Part shown: one piece after another, positions 10,605-21,800 of the stretch | Layout of the letters: the number at the start of each line of letters is the position of its first letter | Numbering within the stretch: the first letter of the stretch is position 1 | The notes under the pieces: model-generated | Told to the model about the DNA's origin: nothing | Database searches by the model: none | Seen by the model: the letters and a program-made list of their open reading frames with translations, nothing else | DNA from: Mayamaea pseudoterrestris | Lineage: Eukaryota | Direction: 5' to 3' | NCBI GenBank assembly: GCA_027923505.1 | Contig: BROI01000023.1 | Location: 434,001-498,000, forward strand | DNA: 64,000 nucleotides | Position numbers and translations under genes: made by a program

Positions 10605-12128
10605 TTAACGTTTTGCATCGTCGTCATCGTCATCTTCCATGAGAATGGGTGTATTGATACGAATCTCAACATTCTTTCCTCGGGTTCGAACGTCAAAGAC
10701 AGCAACGCCAGTTGGTGCCTTGACGTTGCCAATCAGCTTGCCCAATATTGGTGGATATGGACACCACTCCCCGCGAACAGCGCCGCTCTGCAAGGCAAAG
10801 GCGGTTCGATGAAGTGGACATACAATGCAGTCCTCGCAGCCGTCTTGCTGCAGTATTTTGGAGACTTCCGTTTCGCTCCATGGGCCGTTGAAAGCGCCAG
10901 TCAATTTGGATTGGAATGACGACGACGATGAGTCTAATGATTGTTGCTTCTGCGACGGCAGTGACTTGGATGATCCTGCTTTCATACTACTTGGCATTGG
11001 CGTCTCCTCCACAGGCAGTCGCACCAATTGACCCGTCTCAAGAGGCGTCCCCAAATGTGGACATGAGTTCTCAATCGCATAGAGTCGTCGGCCATCCTTG
11101 GACGCAACAACGAGCAAGTCCAAGCCGCCAGCGACAGTGACTGGAACAATGACGCCAGGCATGAGTCGCGTCTTTGGCAAGACCACCACCCACTCCTCCT
11201 TGTCGTTCTTGGCATTGTTCGTAGCGGATGCAAGTAGTGATGCAGTGGAGGATGCAATGTAACGTTGCATGGAGGTGAATGGATTGCTGCCACTGGTCGT
11301 TTCATTGCTGGAATTGATAGCAGTGGTCGAGTTGGAGGATGACGAATTGTTGAAAAGACCGCCTGCGGCAGATTGTATTTTCGAAAATATGCCAAATGCC
11401 CATGGTTGGTCATCCTTGCTTTCCAATAGCGGCTCCTGCTTAACTTGGTCGTTTCGGTTCAGCTTCTTGCTCAATTGCTGCTGCTTGTTGCCGTCCTGCT
11501 TTTGCTGCATTGCTTTTGACTCCTTGAATCGTTGCTGCTTCTTGTCGCGACGCTGTTTCTCATACTCGTCTTGGCGTGCACTGCTAGTAGTAGTTTCGTC
11601 GCTTGGGTCTTTTGTGCGATTCCAAAGCGAGCGAAAGAAACTTAACCTAGTTTCATTGGATGCAGGTTGTTCGGCTATAGCGGTTGCAGCGGTGTCATTG
11701 ATTGACTTTGAGAAAGGAAGCTTTGGAAAGGAAAACGTTCGTTCATCCCCTGCTCTACTTTCTAACGTCGTTACTGTATTCTGCTTTTCTTGTCGTTGTT
11801 CTGCTTGTGGAAAGAATCCTCGAATGCTCCCGACGAAATTGTTGCCTTCGGCTGCGTCTTGTTTGGCGTCCGGCTTTCGTTTCGAGAAATCATTCATATC
11901 ATTGGCTTTTGATGTTGCTCTCAATACATGCAAAGACAATCTTCTTGTACATATTCTTTGGCAAGTTGGTGATTCTATTGTCTGTATTCTGCAAAAAGAC
12001 GATCCATCAATGCATTGTAACTGCCGTTGCCTTGTCGGCGACTCGCAAGAATTTATCGGAGCACTCAGCCAGGCTTCCACACTTAAAATAGTCGAAACGC
12101 TCGTTGCAAGAAGAAAATGTCGCTTCAT
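10605..12128 (-). CDS. Rieske [2Fe-2S] domain protein, probably plastid-targeted
   Basis: CPHLG and CPLH boxes, GEWCPYPP. N-terminus MKRHFLLATSVSTILSVEA-W resembles a diatom bipartite signal, so the start is placed at 12128. Confidence 0.85.
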   Translation of the reverse strand: MKRHFLLATSVSTILSVEAWLSAPINSCESPTRQRQLQCIDGSSFCRIQTIESPTCQRICTRRLSLHVLRATSKANDMNDFSKRKPDAKQDAAEGNNFVGSIRGFFPQAEQRQEKQNTVTTLESRAGDERTFSFPKLPFSKSINDTAATAIAEQPASNETRLSFFRSLWNRTKDPSDETTTSSARQDEYEKQRRDKKQQRFKESKAMQQKQDGNKQQQLSKKLNRNDQVKQEPLLESKDDQPWAFGIFSKIQSAAGGLFNNSSSSNSTTAINSSNETTSGSNPFTSMQRYIASSTASLLASATNNAKNDKEEWVVVLPKTRLMPGVIVPVTVAGGLDLLVVASKDGRRLYAIENSCPHLGTPLETGQLVRLPVEETPMPSSMKAGSSKSLPSQKQQSLDSSSSSFQSKLTGAFNGPWSETEVSKILQQDGCEDCIVCPLHRTAFALQSGAVRGEWCPYPPILGKLIGNVKAPTGVAVFDVRTRGKNVEIRINTPILMEDDDDDDAKR

Positions 12129-12368
12129 TTGAGTGTCTTTATTGTCTAAAGAGGTCTGAAGTGAAGTCCATAGTTGTTTTGTGTCGTGATGGTTGCGCGT
12201 CGCGCTGACGATTGCTCGTGTGACAGACGTCGTACCGGTTATGGTTTTGTTTGTCCTTACGGTAATGACTGGTTCGTCCATCCATGGTCCGTTCCGCCGC
12301 GACGGCGCGCCTCGCTCCAAACTCCTCCACACACAGAGAGTAGAACGACGACAACATCTTCCAAGACC

Positions 12369-13562
12369 ATGGGATCTGCGGCGTCTACATCGAGGCCGCA
12401 GCAGTCGCAAGACTCGAATGTTTTGCATCCTTCTCTATTAAATGCTTTCAGCAATAGAATTGTCAAGAGTCGCTGCGAAGCTCCTCCGCCACCGCCTCCA
12501 GCCACCAGTGACGATGCAGCAGCAGCAGCACCTCCTCCACCTCCACCATCCGAACTTGCGCTCGACTCGATTGCCGCCGCGGCCGCCAGCGTATCATCCA
12601 CCACCATTTCCAATCCCGGTCCCTACGAGCAAGCCGCGCAGGATGCCAAGCGTTTGGTCATGCTGGAAACCTTTGATGGATTTCGCTGCGACATTAACAA
12701 GCAAGTGAGTCCGTACATGGCGGCGGTGCATTCCTTTTGGATGGGCACGCAGCTTCCCGATGGCCGCAAAAGTACTTATACGTTTCTGACGCAAGTGGCG
12801 GATGAAAAGGGTGGTTTATTAATGGCGCGCATTGATTTAGGACGTGGTAGCATTGATGGAAGAATTCATCGAGCCTTGCTCGGTGGCTTGTGCATGGCCA
12901 AGCTTCAAGTCTCGGCGAGTCAAGAGGGGCAGACGGATCAGGCATTGGGTGAAGTAGACTTTGGAGGTCAAACTTGGACTGCCAATCTAAAGTATGGAAG
13001 CATGGGAGGTGGTATCATGTATGGAGGCAACTACTTTCAGGCCATTACGCAGAAATTGAGCATGGGCGGCGAAGGCATGTACATTGACGCCAATCAAAAG
13101 TTACTGAGTAGCTACACTCTCAAATATATAATGCCAGCCAAGACTGGAGACGAGGAAGAGTTGCTGCTGGGCGATGCAAAACTGGAAAAGTCGGCTGGCG
13201 CTGCTGGATTAACCAGCGATACTGCGGCTGGCTCATCGACCGTCGTCCTTAATTACAATGCTGCTCAACAGGCTTGCACAATGAACTACAAGCGTGTCGT
13301 CACACCTGGTCGAGTCACTGTTGGAGCGGAACTGACATTTAGTCCGTACAATTTGAAATCCGAAGTATTGCTGGGCGCCGAATTCAAATTGCAGCGATCA
13401 AAGTATTCGATGTGTTTGGATCCATCCAATCTGCGGTTACAGAGTGTCTTGGAAGCCAAATTGGGCATGGCGCATGGAAGTCCGTCACTGCAGCTAGCGG
13501 CGGACGTGGCGCCTTGGAGCGATGAAATGAAGTTTGGTTATGGCATTACGATTGACGGGTAG
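12369..13562 (+). CDS. TOM40: Mitochondrial import channel Tom40
   Basis: NPGPYE..FDGFRCDINK, YFQAITQKLSMGGE, C-terminal KFGYGITIDG beta-signal; MGSAAS start. Confidence 0.92.
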   Translation: MGSAASTSRPQQSQDSNVLHPSLLNAFSNRIVKSRCEAPPPPPPATSDDAAAAAPPPPPPSELALDSIAAAAASVSSTTISNPGPYEQAAQDAKRLVMLETFDGFRCDINKQVSPYMAAVHSFWMGTQLPDGRKSTYTFLTQVADEKGGLLMARIDLGRGSIDGRIHRALLGGLCMAKLQVSASQEGQTDQALGEVDFGGQTWTANLKYGSMGGGIMYGGNYFQAITQKLSMGGEGMYIDANQKLLSSYTLKYIMPAKTGDEEELLLGDAKLEKSAGAAGLTSDTAAGSSTVVLNYNAAQQACTMNYKRVVTPGRVTVGAELTFSPYNLKSEVLLGAEFKLQRSKYSMCLDPSNLRLQSVLEAKLGMAHGSPSLQLAADVAPWSDEMKFGYGITIDG

Positions 13563-13738
13563 ACGAGCGAATGATATTAAATCATAACGATGAGCATTGA
13601 CGGAGGTTAAAAAGGTGCAAGTGATGCGCTAAAGGATTTGTCGATTTACATAAAACATCTTGTAATACTGATCATTATTACTGTATATACTTCGTCCGAA
13701 GTTCGGGTCGTACGCCGATATATTGATCGCCACAATGG

Positions 13739-15220
13739 CTATTTCTCGCCACCATCATTGCTTTGCTGTTGCTGCTGCAACGCGTCCGTCTCTTTGCGTG
13801 CTCGTTCAACAACTTCGTCACGCAGTCGCAAGAGTCGTTCATCCTCCGTCTCAAAGTTTGATGCCGTCACAACTGGAGTCATACCATGCGCCGTCAAACC
13901 TTGAATCATATTGGCATCAATCTGCGTCAAGCTTGGCAAAAGTTCCGCAATTCGCTTGCGATACAATGGATCTTCCTGCAATGGATTGTATTCCAAGTAA
14001 ATGGTATCGAGTGATTGGCCGAGTTTCGAAAGACATGAAACGTCGGCAAAAGTTGCAATCTTGTTGCCCGACAACCACAACTCATCGAGCGACGTCAAGT
14101 GAGCCATGGGCGATGCATTCGTCAATCGGTTGCGGCACAAGTCCAAGACGGAAAGCTTGGGGAGAGTCAACTGCAAGCCCGTCGGCGTAGAAGCTCCCTC
14201 GACGGTGATGCCATTGTGTGCCAAGTAAAGCTCCTCCAGCGTGTCATTCACCGCCGTCAATCCTTCAATGACTTCTAGTCGATTCGACTGTACATCAAGT
14301 CTACGAAGCTTTTTGAGATTATCCAAGCCTTGAATCTTTTCAATCTTGTTCTTGCCAAGCCACAGTTCCTCGAGGTTGGTCAAGTTGGCCAGCTCGTTGG
14401 CGTCCATGCTGCGAAGTCGGTTGGCGCCCAAATCAATCTTTTTCAAATGCACCAAATTGCAAAGACCCGCCATGGTTTTCAGCTTGTTGTTGGCAATGTC
14501 TGTCAAGGAAGAAATAGCGTAGGCGAGTATGAGACAAGGGGATCGTGAGGGATCGAGCCATTGCAACACGAGCGAGCCATTGCAACACGAGGAACATTCA
14601 TTGTACGTACATAGCTCCTGTAAGTTTGGACAGAATTCAACAGGCGCCAAGTCTCGAATGGAGTTGTAACTAATGTCGAGGACTCGAAGGTTGCGTCCAG
14701 GAGCTCCATCGGCGCCATTGTTCAAACACTCCAACGCTTGCACTTGATTGTCGTACAATTCCAAAACGTTCAAATGCGCCAATCCTTCCAAACCTTCCAT
14801 GCGTTTAATCAAATGACTTCGTAACACCAGACTGGTCAATTGCGGCGATACTTGCTTGTAAAAGTCGCTTCCAATGTGAGTAATCTTTTGACCGGCCGTG
14901 CCGACAATTAAAATTTCCGTTTCGTTTTCGTCAAAGTCGGCCACGTCAAAGGGATAGCGAATCGCTGGTGCTGGAGTCGAATTACCAAGTTGCGTCCAAT
15001 CGAGAGCAAGTGTATTGTCATTCATGTTGCTGTTGTTTTCAATATTATCAGTAGCAGTACTTGCAGCTGCAGGTTGCTGCTGGACGCGGACTGATCCGAA
15101 CTGAACGATTGAAGGGTCAGCAGATTCTGTTCCTACTGATTGCTCCACCTCTGGCGCCATGACAGCATCATCGTCGGCTTTCTCTTCACGAGTCGAATCG
15201 ACGCTATCTTCGTCGGACAT
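13739..15220 (-). CDS. SDS22: Protein phosphatase 1 regulatory subunit 7 (Sds22), LRR protein; intron 14500-14610
   Basis: SDS22-class LRRs (LELYDN, LWLGKNKI, LDVQSNRL, LYLAHNGI) and LRR cap YRKRIAELLPSLTQIDA. Removing a 111-nt GT..AG intron restores LQELYIANNKL. Confidence 0.9.
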   Translation of the reverse strand: MSDEDSVDSTREEKADDDAVMAPEVEQSVGTESADPSIVQFGSVRVQQQPAAASTATDNIENNSNMNDNTLALDWTQLGNSTPAPAIRYPFDVADFDENETEILIVGTAGQKITHIGSDFYKQVSPQLTSLVLRSHLIKRMEGLEGLAHLNVLELYDNQVQALECLNNGADGAPGRNLRVLDISYNSIRDLAPVEFCPNLQELCTYNECSSCCNGSLVLQWLDPSRSPCLILAYAISSLTDIANNKLKTMAGLCNLVHLKKIDLGANRLRSMDANELANLTNLEELWLGKNKIEKIQGLDNLKKLRRLDVQSNRLEVIEGLTAVNDTLEELYLAHNGITVEGASTPTGLQLTLPKLSVLDLCRNRLTNASPMAHLTSLDELWLSGNKIATFADVSCLSKLGQSLDTIYLEYNPLQEDPLYRKRIAELLPSLTQIDANMIQGLTAHGMTPVVTASNFETEDERLLRLRDEVVERARKETDALQQQQQSNDGGEK

Positions 15221-15835
15221 GGCTGCAGCAAAATGAAAAAAATAGGTATTGCTGGCGGAATTGATTTGGACGGCAATTGAGGGCGCGAATAAATGCAGCA
15301 AGCACTACGTGATGAAATTCTGATCTTCTTCGTTCCTTTGGAGTTCAATCGACAAAGGCAGCAGTAGCAGTAGCAGCAGCAAGATTACTGTACTAATGCA
15401 GGGCAATCAATGGATTCACTGTTGCTTCGATTGACTGTGAGGATCTTTTTTGTGATCAAATCCGCAGGCAGCTGTGCGACGCACCGTGAGCAAGCGCGTA
15501 TGAATTGCGTGTCGTAAGGTTGGCCGACAGGCGCGCAAAGTTCCCGACTGGCGCGCAATGTTGCAGCGCATCACCATGGCCGTCGAACCGCCTGACAAAC
15601 GGCACAACGAATCAAGCGGCGGCGAAAGTCTTTCATCACCTCTTGTGTAGACAGTACGAAACAAACAACTGAAAAAAAGCGGAGCAGTTGATATAGAGTT
15701 GGACGGAATCATAGCATTATTGTTTGGAGCTAAAAGTAGAGCGCCTTTAATCAGCCATCATCTTGACGTATCAAATCTTGCTGCCATCAAGACATTAATC
15801 CCCTAGCAATTCCTGAATACTGCAATCGATTGATC

Positions 15836-18800
15836 ATGGACTTGGAGGAAGCGGCGCTGCTGGCCGAGCTCCGAGCCATTTCGGAAAAGTCGGCTGGGAG
15901 TCGACGCTTCAATGATTTGGATCCAATTGAAAATGCGCGCATGCTGAAAGCGTCGCCAATGTCGTCTCCTCGTGCCAATGCAAATTCAACTAACAGCTTT
16001 GACGCGACAAGTACAAGACAGGAAGGTAAAGGACGTAACAATAATAGTAGTTCGGATTTTGGAGTGACTGCAGCAAGTAATCATGACGATGACAATCAAC
16101 ATGCGGCGGAAAACAGCGACATTGGAGCTTCCTCTTGGCGCAAGACGTTGACCGAGCGAATCAAAAGTCAACCGCCCAGGCAGCAGGAGACTTTGGCAAG
16201 TGGAACTGCCGAGTCGCCCGTCGTTGTGAATGATGTACTCGACGCAGCAGCAATCGCAACCAATAATAATTTGAACGCTCCTCATCGAATTACCACTCAG
16301 CCTGCTGCATCAACCTTTACGGGCGAACGAGGAGGCGATGCAAAGGACGACGAATTACTAGCACTACTAAAGGGAGTGTCAAACAAGTCGAGTAGCTCGA
16401 GTCGGTTTGATAGTAGCAATCATGGTAACGACAACGACGACTATTTTGGCGCAACAAATCCAACATCAACAAAAATTGCTCCTGCCAAGGCGCAAGTACA
16501 AACTCAACAATCAACACCAGCAAACGTGCCTCCCTGGAAGCGTGGCAATCAAAAGCAGTCGTCATTGAATGCGAACGCATTGAGCGACAATGTTGAAATT
16601 CATGTTGGTGCACCTCCTCGTCCTTTGGATAATGGCGGCGGTGGATTCAAATCAAAGTCTACCTTTACGGGCGACCGAGGAGGAGACGCCAACGATCCAG
16701 AGCTACTTGAGCTATTGCGAAACGCTTCAAGCAAAACAAATGCAAGTCGCTTTGACGACGTTGTTGATGCTCTTCCGGCGAGTCAACTCAATGTTTCCTC
16801 CGCCTCGCACGCATCAGCTCCGCCAGCATCAAAACAAGGGATTGCCGCGTCGGTTCCTCCGTGGAAGCGCGGCAAGCAAGTATCGGCTGCTTCATCGGAC
16901 GCAAATGTGGATATTGTCGTTGCCGCTCCACCAATGGGAACAACGTTCAAATCGGACGTGCCAAAGTCTACTTTTGCCGGCGAGCGAGGTGGAGATGCAA
17001 ACGACGCCGAGCTTCTATCCTTGCTTCGAGGCGTGTCAAACAAGGCAGGAAACAGTAGATTTGATGACAATGACAACTTTGCTGCTGATGATGATGGTGC
17101 AGTTGTCTCTGCTCCGGTGCGAACCAGGCAGAATACTGCGCAAGCCGCGCCTGTCACTGCCGCCGAAGAGCCTGAGGCACCTCGACAGAATGAAGCAGCA
17201 TTAGTCCCTCCTTGGAAACGCGGCAAGCCAGCAGTGAATTCTGCTTCTGCCACATTTGATTCGTCAGACGTAATCGTTGCTCCTTCTGCTAAAGGAGGAT
17301 TTCAATCGGATGCACCCAAGTCAACCTTTTCGGGTGAGCGAGGTGGCGATGCCAACGACGCGGAACTCTTGGCGCTGCTTCGTGGCGTGTCGAGTAAATC
17401 AGGTGCTAGTCGGTTCGATGACAATAATGATGGAGCTGCTATTTCTGTCAGCGATCATGTAAGTGTCGTTAAGGATGAGCCACGTCCAACAAAGCAGGAA
17501 GGCCCACCAGAGCAACGTCATGCCGTGTTTCCTCCATGGAAGCGAGAAAAGCCACAAGCTGCAAGCGTAGATGTCACAACCGTTATTCCGCGCCCACCGC
17601 AAGGAGGGTTCAAGTCCGATCAAGGATCATCAACATTTATGGGAGAGCGAGGCGGTGATGCTAATGATCCCGAATTACTGGCGTTGTTGAGAGGAATTTC
17701 GAGCAAGACGGGTGCGAGTCGGTTCGAAAGTGATGACAGTGCACAAGGGTCGCCATCGCTGAATGTTGCCTCTGCTGAGCGAATTGCGGAGAAACCCGCG
17801 CTGAAGCAATCCATTTCCTCGAAACTCCGCCAAGCTGTTTCGCCGCCATGGAAGCGCGACAAGCAGCACGAGGGTACTGCTGCGTCTCAACCCGCAAGCG
17901 CTGGTTTCAAATCGTCGGACCAGCCCAATACGTTTTCCGGTGATCGTGGGGGAGAAGCGATTGACCCAGAACTTTTGGCCTTGCTCAGAGGAGTGTCAGG
18001 TAAAGCGGGCGCAAGTCGTTTCGACGATGATCCTTTAAGTGGACAGACGCAAAGTGAAAGTGCGATGCATCAAGGTTCTCGCAATGCCAACAACGTTGGT
18101 AGTACAAACAACAGCAAAGGTGCACAAATTGCCGCTGCTGAGAAGATTGCTGGCGGTGTTGGTATGAAATTCAATGTAACATCTACGTATGTTGGTGAGA
18201 GAGGTGGTGACGCTAATGATCCCGAGCTGCTCGCCCTGCTTCGAGATGTATCTGATAAAGCAGGTGTTGATCGCTTGAACAGCAGTGATGGTCCCGTGTC
18301 CAGCTTCCCAGTTTTACAAAATGCGCAGCATCTTCCGATCACGTTTCATAGCCAGTCAGAAATTACATCTACCACGATTCCTCCTCCTTTTGCGCCTGTA
18401 GTCGATGGACGCGATGGCATTAATTTAACGGTCGATGATCTACCTACTGCCCTTGTTGACAAGGAATGGAAGGTTCGAAGTGCAGCTTTCGAATTGCTTA
18501 GCCAAAAACTGATTGACATTGTGTCTGGGCGAGAAAATGTATGGAATGTCGACGCGAATCAGCTTACCGAAGACTTGGATGGCATGCTACCTCGCTTGCT
18601 TGCCGATTCGAACGCAAACGCGCTGGACAAGGCGCTTTTGTTCGTTTTGCTTTATGGGGAGCACTGCTGTGGGGCCACATCGCCGGAGCAAGCTCGAGCA
18701 ATTGTCGCCGTTCTAATCAAGTCGAACGGCTTTTCTGGGCGACCTGGCACCACCAAACTCGCTTCTGCAGCAGTTCTAAAGTTGGTCGAGGTTGGCTCCG

Positions 18801-21800
18801 TCGCGTCTATGAATTCTGTGATTGAAGTTTTGCTCACTGAAGGCTTGGCGTCGAAGAAACCAAAAGTTGTGCAGGCGGCTGTCTCTCTCATATTTGACGC
18901 AGCCACTGAGTTTGGTGCTGCAGTATTACCTCTGGCTGCCATCACCAGTTCTGCTCCCAAGATTCTTTCTAATTCAAACGCCAAAGTTAGGGAAATTGGG
19001 ATTAAAATTTTGGCCGAAATTTGTCGCGCCCTTGGGTCCAAAGATCCAATCGGTAATATAATTGACGAGATGAAACCGGCGCAGGTAAAGGAGCTTGACA
19101 AACACTTGGACTTGAAGAATTTTGCCGATCCACCACGGAAGATGCTCCGACAGCACGCAACATCTGCAAAAGCATCACCGCCCAATGCGTTGGCGGCACT
19201 TCACGCCGGCGCTGAAGAGCTTGCAGCACAAAGATATGCAGCTCGACCGACAATTAACCTCATGGCCGACTTGTCAAAAACTGAATACTCATCTCGAGTG
19301 AATATGCCCAAGTGGTCAGAGAAAGTGGCGGCTTTAAACACTGTTATCGAATGCGCAGGAGAGAAACCTTACAAACTAGTCTCGCCATCTTCGGCATGCA
19401 ATTACGTTCCCTTGATCAATGATTCCAAAAAACTTTTGAGTCACACACACGTCGCAGTAGTCGGCAAGGCCATGGAAGTGCTGTCAATGCTGGCAAGCGG
19501 AGTGGGTGAAAAGTTGTTTAGTCATTTAAGGCCGCTACTGCTTCCACTCTTGCTCCTTTCGAAAGACAAAAAGCTTTCCAAGGGTGTAAGTGTTTGCCTC
19601 GACACTCTTTTTGGTAATGTTTTTCGGTTTGAACACCTACTTGATCAGGACGACGCTGTTCCAGATGCAGTTGATGAGCAAAAGCAAAAGAATGCACTTG
19701 TCAGAGCTGCCGCGCTGGACTTTCTTACTCGCTGCGTGCGGCGGTCCGTGGATGCGGGTCCGAGAGGCGGCTTAACAATTCAAACAGCACAGAGGAGCGC
19801 ATCTCTTTGCATGGAGAAGCTTGATGACTCGAACGCCGATGTCCGCAAGGCTGCGTCTGATACATTCAAGGCTCTACAAGACTGCAACGACAGTGACGTT
19901 ATCGAGCTCGTGGAAGAAAAACTTGCAGGCCTAGCTACTAAAAATTCCAGAGCTTTTAAAACGCTCTCAAGAACTTCGATGCCTGGGCCCGCAACCACGC
20001 AGTCGAAGCGACTTCCACCGAAACCGAACGAGTCTGTCTCTGCTGGACAAACAAAGGCAAGGCTATTAGACGATGTTATAACGAAACCGAGCGCACAGTC
20101 GGAGTCATTGAATCAAACGGCTTCTGTAGCTGCCACTACGGATGGGACTGACGCCCCCATGAGTTTGTCAGCTGCCCTTGCTCTTGCTGGCAAGCTATCT
20201 ATACCACTTTGGGGTGCACCAGAAGACGATGGTGGCATTTTGAAGGGTCTCGAATCAGCCAAGGGTATTCTCAGGCAAGACGCAATAAAATCACTTACAT
20301 CCTTTGTGGAATCTGGCAAGCTCATTACTTCGAAAGATGTTGACAAAGATTGCTTGGCATTGGTGATAATTGTCCGAGAGCATACAAGAGGACTTAATGA
20401 GACCAATGTCAATATAATGCGAGGGATCATACAGATGTTCTTGGCGGTGTGTGACGTCCACGAAAAGATGGGATGCTTGCTGAACCAGTGGTCGGCGAAA
20501 GCTGGAACAGGTGTCGCCATAGCCAAAATTTCGGACAGAAAAGCTTCTGACGGATGTAAAAGCCTGCTGAGCGCACTTTGCACAGTCGCTTCTCCATGTT
20601 TAGTATTAATGTCGGCTTTTGAGGCACTGCAGTCAGCGAAGTCTCCGATTGCGCATGAGGAGTTTTTGAAATGGATTGTCGTATTTTGTGGCGAATTTGG
20701 AGCCATGTCGTTGGGGCGACACGTTGGCGACCTTATTCCTTTTCTGCTGCAGGAAACCTCTTCATCAAACCCCAAGGTAAAACGCGAAAGCTTTAATGCT
20801 ATTGGTGTGTTGCATAGCCATCTTGGTGGTCAATTCCGCGCACTAGCCATGTCCATGGCGAAAGGTCCTTTGCGCGACCCACTTGAAAGTTGCTTAAATG
20901 CTTTCCCATACGACGAAGCATGTCGTTCAATGTCATGGCCTAAATACTCATTAGCCACGATGGCTGGTAACTCTGGAGATGGATCATCGGATCTTATTCT
21001 AGACATCCCCAAAGTAAATTTGATGAGCGAACTCCCCGATGACATAATTAGTCGATTAGGCAGCAAGGAGGGAAAGACGGCCTGGAAAGAACGAAAAGAC
21101 GCTCTTGAGGAAGTTGAATCAGCTCTAAAACGATGTAGCGGACTTATCGAGACGAGTAATAGCAATCTGAAACAGGTTATTGATTTGACGAGGGCACTCG
21201 AACAGCGACTAAGTGACACGCAGATGAATTTGAAACCAATTGCCTCATCGGTTATTGCCCGCTTGCTTTCAGTCGTCGATTCACAAACACAAGCCAAAAT
21301 CGGAAAGATTGTGTTTAGTCAGCTTATAAACTCAGCTATGAACGATATCAAGAAGCCAATGCGTGACAGTTGCTTGAAAGCGTTACAAAGCGGTGTCACA
21401 CCCTCCTCGCTGGATAGCGGGAATATCAACGTCGATGCATTAGAAGTTTTTGTTTCTTCCTTAATTGGCGAAGTGAATGAGGTCGCTACAAGGGCAGGAG
21501 GCTTGACTGATGTCCTCATGTTTCTGTTCAATTTGATCGACTCGCTTCCGAACCTTGACGAAATTGCGTCGACCCGCGGCGAGCCTTTGGGCGAGCGATA
21601 TGCGTTGATGGTAGTCGAATGCCTCACGTCGTCAAAGGCGGAAACAAGGTCAGCTGCGACGATGATTCTTGAATCTAGTATCGAACGAGGAATTGCTAGC
21701 TTTGGAAGCTTTCGGAAGGCCTCCGAAAGATTAAAACCCGCACAACAACGCACCATCGGTCCTCTGATTGCTAAGTTCACGAAACGAACAGCGCCAAACA

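Noticed and set aside
11269..12132. 287-aa plus-strand ORF
   Set aside because: Antisense shadow of the Rieske gene.
12129..12428. Overlap of Rieske and TOM40 ORFs in the ORF track
   Set aside because: Disappears when the ATG starts at 12128 (minus) and 12369 (plus) are used, leaving a 240-bp divergent intergenic region.
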